A stretch of DNA of 64,000 nt from Planctomycetota bacterium (GTDB taxonomy: Bacteria; Planctomycetota; UBA1135; UBA2386). This document shows positions 18,029-25,658 of this stretch, in pieces. The notes beneath the pieces are model-generated. The model was not told the origin of the DNA. It did not search any database and saw only the letters and a program-made list of their open reading frames with translations. The stretch is from positions 2,560,001-2,624,000 of the forward strand of contig OZ245838.1 of assembly GCA_965228735.1 (NCBI GenBank), given 5' to 3'. Both the position numbers and the translations under genes were made by a program. The stretch's first letter is position 1, and each line of letters starts with the position of its first letter.

Positions 18029-19897
18029 ATGCGCTTCCTCTTGCTGCTGTTCGCTGCCACCCTCGCCGGCACCCTCAGCGCCCAACGCACGGATCACCTG
18101 GTCCTCGTCGAGGCCGAGTCGTTCCACGACACGGGCGGCTGGGTCGTGGACCAGCAGTTCATGGACTTCATGGGCTCGCCGATGCTGCTCGCGCACGGGC
18201 TCGGCATTCCGGTCGAGGACGCGGTCACCGCGGTCACGTTCGACCATCCCGGGCGCTATCGCGTCTACGTCCGCACCCGCGACTGGGTCGCGCCGTGGAA
18301 CGCGCCGGGCGCGCCCGGCCGCTTCAAGATCCGCGTCGACGGCGTCGAACTCAGCACGACGTTCGGCATCGAGGGCGCGGACTGGCACTGGCAGAGCGGC
18401 GGCAGCGTCACGGTCGGCGAACGCGCGACGGTCGCGCTGCACGATCTCACGGGCTTCGAAGGGCGGTGCGATGCGATCCTGTTCGTGCACGGCGACTCGC
18501 AGTTCACGCCGCCCGACGGCGGCGACGAGCTCGCCGAGCTGCGCGGCAAGCTGCTCGGTTGGGACCGGGCGCCGGAGGACGCCGGCCCGTTCGACCTCGC
18601 GGTCATCGGCGGCGGCATCGCGGGCACGGCCGCGGCGATCACGGCCGCGCGCCTCGGGCTCACCGTCGCGCTGATCCAGGACCGGCCCGTGCTCGGCGGC
18701 AACGGCAGCTCCGAGGTGCGCGTCTGGCCCGAGGGTCACACCAACCACGAGCCCTACCCGCACATCGGCGACGTCGTGCGCGAGCTCGTGCGCAAGAAGG
18801 GCCGCGGCGACGGCAACGCACGAAACGCGGACATCTACGAGGACCGCCGCAAACTCGACCTCGCGCGCGCCGAACCCAACCTCACGCTGCTGCTCGAGCA
18901 TCGTGCCAACGCGGTGACCGGCAGAGACCGCGAGCACATCGACGCGGTCATCGCACAGCACACGCGCAGCGGCCGACGAAAGCGCGTCGCGGCCCGCTGG
19001 TTCTGCGACTCGACGGGCGACGGCGTGATCGGCGCGCTCGCCGGGGCCGCGTTCGACATGACCGAGACCGGTCACATGGGCGTCAGCAACCTGTGGAACG
19101 TCGGCAACGTCGAGAAGAACGAGTATCAGCTGCGCTGCGAGTGCGAGGACCCCGACGACCCGCTGTCGCTCAACTTCGTCACGTCGAACGAGCCCGCGCC
19201 GTTCCCGCGCTGTCCGTGGGCCGTCGACCTGTCGGACAAACCGTTCCCCGGCCGCAAGGACGGCAACCTCGGCCAGCTCGGCGGCTGGTTCTGGGAGACC
19301 GGCTTCGACCGCCACCCGATCACCGATCTCGAACGCATGCGCGACCAGAACCTGCGCGCGATGTACGGCGCCTGGGACGCGCTCAAGAACGTCGACGGGC
19401 GCCACCCCAACCATCGGCTCAAGTGGGCCGCGTTCATCGCCGGCAAACGCGAGTCGCGTCGCCTGCTCGGTGACGTGTTGCTCACGGGCGAGGACTTCCA
19501 CGATCAGAAGGAATGGCCCGACGCCGCGTTCCCGTGCACGTGGCACATCGACCTGCACTTCCCGAAGGCGGCCTACGCGGAGGGCCACGCTGGCGACGAG
19601 TTCATCTCCGACTACACGCGCGGCAAGGGCTACAAGTACCAGGGGCCGTACTGGGCGCCCTACCGCGCGCTCTACAGCAAGAACATCGACAACCTGTTCA
19701 TGGCCGGCCGCGACATCAGCGTCACGCACGAGGCGCTCGGCGCGGTGCGCGTCATGCAGACGTGCGGGATGATGGGCGAGATCGTCGGCATGGCCGCGAG
19801 CCTCTGCAAGACGCACGACTGCAGTCCGCGCGCGGTCTACGCCCAGCACCTCGACGAACTGAAGGCGCTGATGCGGCGCGGCGCGGGCCGCCAGTAG
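18029..19897 (+). CDS. Secreted FAD-dependent oxidoreductase (FAD_oxidored family) with an N-terminal beta domain
   Basis: Signal peptide MRFLLLLFAATLAGTLSAQ; DLAVIGGGIAG..AAITAARLG, DRPVLGGNGSSEVR, DSTGDG, KRESRRLLGD, PYRALYSKNIDNLFMAGR. Confidence 0.9.
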   Translation: MRFLLLLFAATLAGTLSAQRTDHLVLVEAESFHDTGGWVVDQQFMDFMGSPMLLAHGLGIPVEDAVTAVTFDHPGRYRVYVRTRDWVAPWNAPGAPGRFKIRVDGVELSTTFGIEGADWHWQSGGSVTVGERATVALHDLTGFEGRCDAILFVHGDSQFTPPDGGDELAELRGKLLGWDRAPEDAGPFDLAVIGGGIAGTAAAITAARLGLTVALIQDRPVLGGNGSSEVRVWPEGHTNHEPYPHIGDVVRELVRKKGRGDGNARNADIYEDRRKLDLARAEPNLTLLLEHRANAVTGRDREHIDAVIAQHTRSGRRKRVAARWFCDSTGDGVIGALAGAAFDMTETGHMGVSNLWNVGNVEKNEYQLRCECEDPDDPLSLNFVTSNEPAPFPRCPWAVDLSDKPFPGRKDGNLGQLGGWFWETGFDRHPITDLERMRDQNLRAMYGAWDALKNVDGRHPNHRLKWAAFIAGKRESRRLLGDVLLTGEDFHDQKEWPDAAFPCTWHIDLHFPKAAYAEGHAGDEFISDYTRGKGYKYQGPYWAPYRALYSKNIDNLFMAGRDISVTHEALGAVRVMQTCGMMGEIVGMAASLCKTHDCSPRAVYAQHLDELKALMRRGAGRQ

Positions 19898-20005
19898 GCC
19901 CAGCTGACGGCGGTACCGAACCCGCTTCGTTTCCGCCACCGCCGATCCAGCGCAGGGCCTGGATGGACGCCAGGATGCCACCCACACGTGTGGCGGATTC
20001 GAAGC

Positions 20006-21997
20006 GCCGGGTGGCCCTGGGGGTCTCCCCCCAGGGCTCCCACAGATCCGGACGTGCGCGGCTAACGCATCCGGCTCGTCAGCGACAAGGGCTCGCTGCG
20101 TAGACCGACCGGGTCAGCCGGGGCGGAGGAAGCGGGTATGCACGCAGCAGTTGCTCGAAGCGGGCCCACGACATGTAGGCCGCCCGCGAGCGCCGGCTCA
20201 GCCACCGATGCCAGATGCGACGGGCCTCGTACCATACGCGACGTAACGCAGCAGAGTTGCCGGTCACGCCGAAGTAGAGGTAGTGCCCCCGTAGCTTCGA
20301 GCACAGGGTGGAGTACTGGACGCGGACCTTGTCGTGCCGATTGCGACGGCACCAATCCCGTAGCCCAGTCAGGGTACGGGTCACGACGTGTCGTGTGGTG
20401 CGCCGCTGCACGGTCCATCGGCCGCGCCGGGAGCGTGACCAGTGATGGGTGAAGCCCAGGAAGTCGAAAGTGCCGCTCCCCGCCGCGCCGTCTTCGGGCG
20501 GTTGGAAGCGGACTAACCGGGTCTTGTCCGGATGCAGTGTGAGGCCGAAGCGCCCGAGCCTTTGGGCCAGGATCGACGACATCGCACGTGCATCGGCTTC
20601 GACGGCAAACAGGATCACGAAGTCGTCCGCATAGCGGACCAACTCCGCGCGACCGGCAAGCCTCGGCTTGACTTCCTCGACAAACCAACGGTCCAGCACT
20701 GCGTGCAAATAGATGTTCGCCAGCAGCGGCGAAATCACGCCTCCTTGTGGGGTGCCTTTGCGAGAGCGATGCAGCGCACCGTCCTCCTGCACCCCCGCCT
20801 TCAGCCACTTGTCGATCAGTCGACGGAACACTCCGTCGCGCACCCGCTGGTCGAGGATCGCTCGCAGATGGGTCGGCTCCAGGTTGTCGAAGAAACCTTG
20901 GATGTCGACTTCCAACAGCCAGCCGCCACCCATCGACATCGCATGCTTCCAAAGCGATTCCAGTGCCGTGTGCGGCGAGCGACCGGGACGGAAGCCGTGC
21001 GAGCAGTCCAAGAAGTCCTGCTCATATACCGCCTCCATCACTTGCGTCACCGCCCGCTGCAAGACCTTGTCCTCCAGCGTCGGCACTCCGATTGGACGCG
21101 TGCCACCCTTCCCTTTCGGGATGTGCACGCGCCGGACCGGTGGTGCGCGATAGCGCCCTGACTTCGCGCGTTCGTGCAGGTCCGCGAGGTTGCCCTCGAG
21201 ATCCTGCTCGTAGTCGCGAGCCGTGACGCCGTCGACACCAGGAGCTTTGGACTTCTGCGTGCGGCGATACGCCTCCCGCAGAAGCGCGATGTCCATGTGG
21301 TGTGCCAGTGTGGTCAGGACCAGGTCTGGTCGCTGCCTCGCCAGCTCCGCTACCCGCCGGAGTTTCGTGGAGACCTGCTCGGAGCCCGTCGTCTCCGTGG
21401 TCGGTCCGTCCAGCGGTTCCTTGTCGCCGGTGACGCCCTTCCCTCCGCCGGGTCCCCGTGGGGCGGGTTCCCCGGACTCTTTGGTACTATGACGCACTCC
21501 GACTCCCTCGTTGGCGTCCCGCGTCGCTTCGTTTCCTTCGCTCGGCGGTACCGGCCGTGTGTCCGGATTCCTTGACGGCACCGACGCGGACACGACGTCG
21601 CGGCCCTGGAGAGTTGGTTTCCGGGCCCCAGCCGGAGTTGACGATCGGACCAATCGAGGGGATCCCAGGTTCCTGGGGAGTCCGATGGATGCGTGCGGTC
21701 GTTCTCAGGACCCCGGAGAGACTTCCGGGCCAAGCCGGTTGCGGCCCTTCCATGTTGCCTTCCGATGAACCCACCACGTCGGCTCTCTCGCTGTCGGTAC
21801 TTTCGGGGCTCAGTCGCGCCGCCCACATCCTCGCTGTCTACGCTTCGCAGCGGCGGTTACCCGGTCGCCACGCAAGACTCGCTTCCGGCTGGTGGCTAGC
21901 CTTCGCCGGGCGGGTTTCGTCACCCGCGGGACTCCAATACGGGGTTCTCATTCCTGTCAGGTCATGATTTCTCCCGTCCAGGCTTCGCCTGGCGCAA
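20006..21997 (-). mobile_element. Complete group II intron (1992 nt, IIB-like with EBS1/EBS2, IEP resembling bacterial class E)
   Basis: 5' end TTGCGCCAGG; domain V GAGCCGGATGCGTTAGCCGCGCACGTCCGGATC at 20045..20077; domain VI with a candidate branch A, ending ACCCGGC; EBS1 GGGTTC (21767..21772) and EBS2 GTACCG (21795..21800); removing the intron restores the repeat arm. Confidence 0.95.
20079..21401 (-). CDS. ltrA: Group II intron reverse transcriptase/maturase (no endonuclease domain); start codon uncertain
   Basis: APGVDG, RRVHIPK..RPIGVP..DKVLQ, SHGFRPGRS, DIQGFFD, GTPQGGVISPLLANIYL, RYADDFV, HPDKT, FDFLGF, followed by an X/thumb domain. Confidence 0.95.
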   Translation of the reverse strand, partial: TTETTGSEQVSTKLRRVAELARQRPDLVLTTLAHHMDIALLREAYRRTQKSKAPGVDGVTARDYEQDLEGNLADLHERAKSGRYRAPPVRRVHIPKGKGGTRPIGVPTLEDKVLQRAVTQVMEAVYEQDFLDCSHGFRPGRSPHTALESLWKHAMSMGGGWLLEVDIQGFFDNLEPTHLRAILDQRVRDGVFRRLIDKWLKAGVQEDGALHRSRKGTPQGGVISPLLANIYLHAVLDRWFVEEVKPRLAGRAELVRYADDFVILFAVEADARAMSSILAQRLGRFGLTLHPDKTRLVRFQPPEDGAAGSGTFDFLGFTHHWSRSRRGRWTVQRRTTRHVVTRTLTGLRDWCRRNRHDKVRVQYSTLCSKLRGHYLYFGVTGNSAALRRVWYEARRIWHRWLSRRSRAAYMSWARFEQLLRAYPLPPPRLTRSVYAASPCR

Positions 21998-22017
21998 GGG
22001 TTCGGTACCGCCACTCT

Positions 22018-22893
22018 CTACGACGTCGGCTGCTCGCCGTTGATCTGCAGGTAGCGGCGGACCTGATCGGCCCAGCGACTGTTCGGATCGAACGACAGGT
22101 AGGCCCGCCAGTGGCGGCGCGCCCTTTCGAGGTCCCCGGCGACGGCGAGCGCCTCGGCGAGGTTGTAGTGCGCGTCGGCGTAGTGCGGCACGAGCGCGAG
22201 CGCGCGCTCGAGCGCCGCGATCGCGCCTTCGCGATTGCTCAGCTCGCCGCGCACGACACCGAGGTTGTTCCACGCCTCGGCGTAGTCCGGGCTGATCTCG
22301 ACCGCGGCCTCGAAGCACGCGCAGGCTTCGCGCCGGCGCCGCAACGTGTAGTAGCAGTTGCCGAGATTGAAGTGCGCCTCGGGGTTGTCCGTCTCGACGG
22401 CGTGCTGATACGCGCGCACGGCGTCCTCGATGCGACCCGCGGCCTCGGCCTCGACGGCGATCGCAAACCACGCCTTCGGCGACCGCATCGTCGGCAGCTT
22501 GTCGCCGCCGTGACGCTCCACGAGCTGGTCGAAGTCGAACAGCATCTGACCGCCCGGTTCGACGAGCCGGCCCTCGGACGTCCGCACGGTGACGCGACGA
22601 CGACCGATGCTCGCGAGCAGACCGGTCAGCGCTTCGTCGGGATCCTCGACGACGGTGCGCGCGAGGCGCCACGCGTGCGCGATGCGCGGCGCGGTCCAAC
22701 CCGCGCGCCACAGCTTGGCCAACGTGCGCGCGCGGCCGAGCGCCGAGAACGCGAACTTGCCGACGCTGCCACGCTGCGGCTCGATGAACTCGCGGTCGAT
22801 CCAGCGCTTGACCACCGTGCCCGGCAACCCGCACAGTTCAGCGAGTTCTTTCGCCGTGAACGAGCGTTGGGTCGCGCTGAATTCGATCGTCAT
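22018..22893 (-). CDS. MerR-like HTH plus TPR repeat protein, translationally coupled to the NHEJ ligase
   Basis: N-terminal FTAKELAELCGLPGTVVKRWIDREFIEP (MerR-type HTH); TPRs EAHFNLGNCY, AEAWNNLGVV, ADAHYNLAEA; ATGA overlap with the ligase stop. Confidence 0.85.
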   Translation of the reverse strand: MTIEFSATQRSFTAKELAELCGLPGTVVKRWIDREFIEPQRGSVGKFAFSALGRARTLAKLWRAGWTAPRIAHAWRLARTVVEDPDEALTGLLASIGRRRVTVRTSEGRLVEPGGQMLFDFDQLVERHGGDKLPTMRSPKAWFAIAVEAEAAGRIEDAVRAYQHAVETDNPEAHFNLGNCYYTLRRRREACACFEAAVEISPDYAEAWNNLGVVRGELSNREGAIAALERALALVPHYADAHYNLAEALAVAGDLERARRHWRAYLSFDPNSRWADQVRRYLQINGEQPTS

Positions 22894-23822
22894 ACGCCGT
22901 CGGGGTCGACCAGCCCTTGGAACACGGGTGCGCGCAGGGCGCCGCTCGCGGTCTGCTCGACGAAGCTGACGGTACAGAAGAGCCCAGGCGTGATCCAGCA
23001 ACCGTTGAGGTCGGTTTCGACGAGCGGTCGGTCGGTGCGGCGCGCGAACATGAGCTCGCGCAGCTGCTGTTTGCTGCTCTCCGTGAGTCCCGACCCGACC
23101 CTGCCGACGCACCGCAACGTGCCGTCTAGATCCGTCGCGACGATGAGCGACTTGAAGTCCTGTTCGCCGCGCTCGTCGTCGGGTTCGTAACCCATGACGA
23201 CACAATGCACGGAACGCACCGGCTTGATCTTCTGCCACGCATCGCCGCGATCACCCGGCCGATACGGTGCGTCGATGCGCTTGCTCACGATGCCCTCGAG
23301 CCGCTGCTCGACCGCGGCTTCGAACAGGTCGATGCCGTTCGTCGCAACTCCGTCCGACAGCACGAGTCGCGCGTTTCCGACGGACTCGACCAGGGTCGCG
23401 AGCCGGGCGCGCCGCTCGAGGAACGGCAACGGCATCGTGGCCTCGAAGTCGCGATAGAGCAGGTCGAAGACGACGTAGACGACCGGACTCATCTGCGATC
23501 GACGTAACGCGTCGCCCGGACTCGCGTTCTCGCGGGACAGGATCGCGCGGAAGTCGGGCCGGCCGGCGTCGTCGAGCACGACGAGCTCACCGTCGAGCAC
23601 GGTGCCGGCGGGCAGGTCGGCCAGGAACTCGAGCTCAGGATAACGCCCGCGCAGGTCGCGGCGGCGGCGACCGTGGATTCTATGTTGACTGTTCTCCACA
23701 TAGGTGACCGCGCGCACACCGTCCCACTTGATCTCGAAGAAGTGGTCCGCCGAGTCGAACGGCTTGCCGATGCGGGCCAGCATCGGCTCGACGTGCTCCG
23801 GCAGTCGCGGCGAATCGGTCAC
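22890..23822 (-). CDS. Stand-alone ATP-dependent DNA ligase (LigD-LIG/LigC type)
   Basis: Motif I EIKWDGVR, III VLDGELV, IIIa VFDLLY, IV LEGIVSK, V WQKIK; OB fold VGRVGSGL...LRAPVFQGL. Confidence 0.93.
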   Translation of the reverse strand: MTDSPRLPEHVEPMLARIGKPFDSADHFFEIKWDGVRAVTYVENSQHRIHGRRRRDLRGRYPELEFLADLPAGTVLDGELVVLDDAGRPDFRAILSRENASPGDALRRSQMSPVVYVVFDLLYRDFEATMPLPFLERRARLATLVESVGNARLVLSDGVATNGIDLFEAAVEQRLEGIVSKRIDAPYRPGDRGDAWQKIKPVRSVHCVVMGYEPDDERGEQDFKSLIVATDLDGTLRCVGRVGSGLTESSKQQLRELMFARRTDRPLVETDLNGCWITPGLFCTVSFVEQTASGALRAPVFQGLVDPDGV

Positions 23823-23841
23823 GCGCGGGGCGCCCCGCCGG

Positions 23842-24756
23842 TCAGTTGCCCGACGCCTTGCGCGACTTCTTCTTCGCGCCGGCACTCGGCGCGAGCTTCT
23901 TCGGCGCGTCGGCCTCGCCTTCCGCCCCATCGTCGCCACCCGACTCGCCGTCGCCCGAAACGAGCTTCGTCTGCGCCTCTGCGACGCTCTTCTTCAGCGC
24001 GTCCATGAGGTTGAGGATCTTCGGTTCCTCGTGGTCCGGCGCCTGCACGAGCTCCTCGCCCTGCACCTTGGCCTCGATCACCTTGCGGAGCTTCGCGACG
24101 TATTGATCGGTGTACTTGCCGAAGTCGAACTCCTCGATCTTGCTCGCGCCGATCAGCGTGTTGGTCAACGCGATCTCCTCGGGCTTGAACTCGATCTCGT
24201 CGACCTCGTCCTCGTAGTCGGCGGGGTTCTTGACCTTCTTCTTGTAGTGCAGGCCGGTCATCACGATCAGCTTGCCCTTGGGTCGGATCATCACGAGCTG
24301 CTCGCGTCCCGACATCACGACCTGCGCGATCGCGCAGACCTTGTTCTCGACCATGCCGTGGTGCAGCAGCGCGTACGGCCGCTCACCCGCCACGCCGTCG
24401 GGCAACAGGTAGTGCGTCTTGCCCGCGTAGTAGAGCCCGTCGATCTCGTCCTGCGGGATGAAGCCGTCGATGCCGATCGCGCGGTCCGTCTTGGTGCGCA
24501 GCTTGTCGAGCTCCTCGGGGTCGACGACGACGTACTGGTCCTTGCTGTGCTCGTACCCGCTGACGATGTTCTCGCTCTTGAGCTCACCGTGCTCGGGGCA
24601 GACCTTCTGGTACTTCACCCGACTGTGGCAGTCCTTGTGCAGCTGGTTGAGCCGCACCTCCGACGAGCTGTCGTTCGCGGTGAACGCCTTGACCGGGACG
24701 GAGACGAGGCTGAGCTTGATGAAGCCCTTCCAGGAGGTGCGTGAGGGGACGGCCAT
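23842..24756 (-). CDS. ku: NHEJ DNA end-binding protein Ku
   Basis: RTSWKGFIKLSLVSVPVKAFTA, LNQLH, IVSGYE..KDQYVVV, LNLMDALKKSV, basic C-terminal tail. Confidence 0.97.
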   Translation of the reverse strand: MAVPSRTSWKGFIKLSLVSVPVKAFTANDSSSEVRLNQLHKDCHSRVKYQKVCPEHGELKSENIVSGYEHSKDQYVVVDPEELDKLRTKTDRAIGIDGFIPQDEIDGLYYAGKTHYLLPDGVAGERPYALLHHGMVENKVCAIAQVVMSGREQLVMIRPKGKLIVMTGLHYKKKVKNPADYEDEVDEIEFKPEEIALTNTLIGASKIEEFDFGKYTDQYVAKLRKVIEAKVQGEELVQAPDHEEPKILNLMDALKKSVAEAQTKLVSGDGESGGDDGAEGEADAPKKLAPSAGAKKKSRKASGN

Positions 24757-24922
24757 GCGGGTCCGGGGTCTCTGGGGAGCCGGTGACGGAAGCGGGGAAA
24801 CGATACCATGACGGCCCCACCAACCTGGAATCGACCGGAATCCGGCCGATCTTGACCCGCGGGCGTTCGTCGTTTGTTCGATGCCACGGCCAGCTCGGAC
24901 CGTCGGCCGAACGGCGCCACCC

Positions 24923-25621
24923 TCAGCCGAGCGCGAGGAAGCGCCGCGCGAGCGCCGGACCCGCGCACGAGTCCTCGTGCTTCATGAACACGAACGCGTC
25001 GGAGAACCCGCGTTCGACCATGCGGTCGCGCCAGCGGCGCAAGTCGTCGTCCTCGTAGCCCTCGCGCCGCAAGCGCACGTAGCACCACGACGCCGTGTCC
25101 AAGAGCTCGGGCTCGGGCTCGCCCTCCTTGTCACTCGTGACGAGCGCGACGTCGTGCTCCTTCAGCACGGCGAGCGCGTCGTCCTCGAGCCAGCTGTCGT
25201 GCGCGAACTCGAGCGCGACCTTGATGCCTGCCTGCTGGTGCGAGAGGAAGTCGCGCAGCACGTCGACGTCCTTCCGCACGTACTTCGGCACCTGGTAGAA
25301 GACGCAGCCGAGCGTGCCCTCGAGCGGCGCGATCGACCGGAACAGCCACTCGCACAGCTCACCACAGTCGACGAGCTTGGCGCTCCACGTGATGCGCTTC
25401 GTCGCCTTGACCGCGAAGCGGAAGTCGTCGCCGACCTGCCCCTTCCACTTGGCCACCGTCTCGGCCTTGGGCATGCGATAGAACGTGTTGTTGAGCTCCA
25501 CCGCCGGCAGCTGGCTGGCGTAGTACGTGAGGTAGCCGTCCTTCTTGAGGTCCTCGGGGTAGAACGCAGGCCGCCACTCGTCGTAGCTGAACCCGCTCGT
25601 GCCGACGTGGAACTTCGTCAT
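24923..25621 (-). CDS. DUF72 (YecE-like TIM barrel) protein
   Basis: VGTSGFSY.EW...FYP, VELNNTFYRMP, FRFAVKA, YVRLR, VFMKHE. Confidence 0.92.
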   Translation of the reverse strand: MTKFHVGTSGFSYDEWRPAFYPEDLKKDGYLTYYASQLPAVELNNTFYRMPKAETVAKWKGQVGDDFRFAVKATKRITWSAKLVDCGELCEWLFRSIAPLEGTLGCVFYQVPKYVRKDVDVLRDFLSHQQAGIKVALEFAHDSWLEDDALAVLKEHDVALVTSDKEGEPEPELLDTASWCYVRLRREGYEDDDLRRWRDRMVERGFSDAFVFMKHEDSCAGPALARRFLALG

Positions 25622-25658
25622 CTCGACCTCTCGATCACCCGTCTGGCCCAGAACACTC

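Larger units (their letters stand above)
19909..22012. repeat. REPIN-like element (two inverted ~31-nt REP-like arms) whose right arm is interrupted by the group II intron
   Basis: Left arm 19909..19939 GGCGGTACCGAACCCGCTTCGTTTCCGCCAC; right arm is 19990..20005 plus 21998..22012, whose reverse complement GGCGGTACCGAACCC/GCTTCGAATCCGCCAC matches the left arm at 29/31. Confidence 0.9.

Noticed and set aside
20079..21653. RT as a retron, CRISPR-associated or Abi defence RT
   Set aside because: RT0, YADD, X domain, domains V/VI and EBS/IBS pairing all indicate a group II intron; no cas genes or msr/msd seen
21402..21653. N-terminal extension of the RT ORF in the ORF track
   Set aside because: Overlaps ribozyme domains II/III and shows no RT similarity; probably untranslated
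19909..22012. IS/transposon with terminal inverted repeats flanking the RT
   Set aside because: The apparent TIRs are the two arms of the pre-existing palindrome; no transposase or target-site duplication
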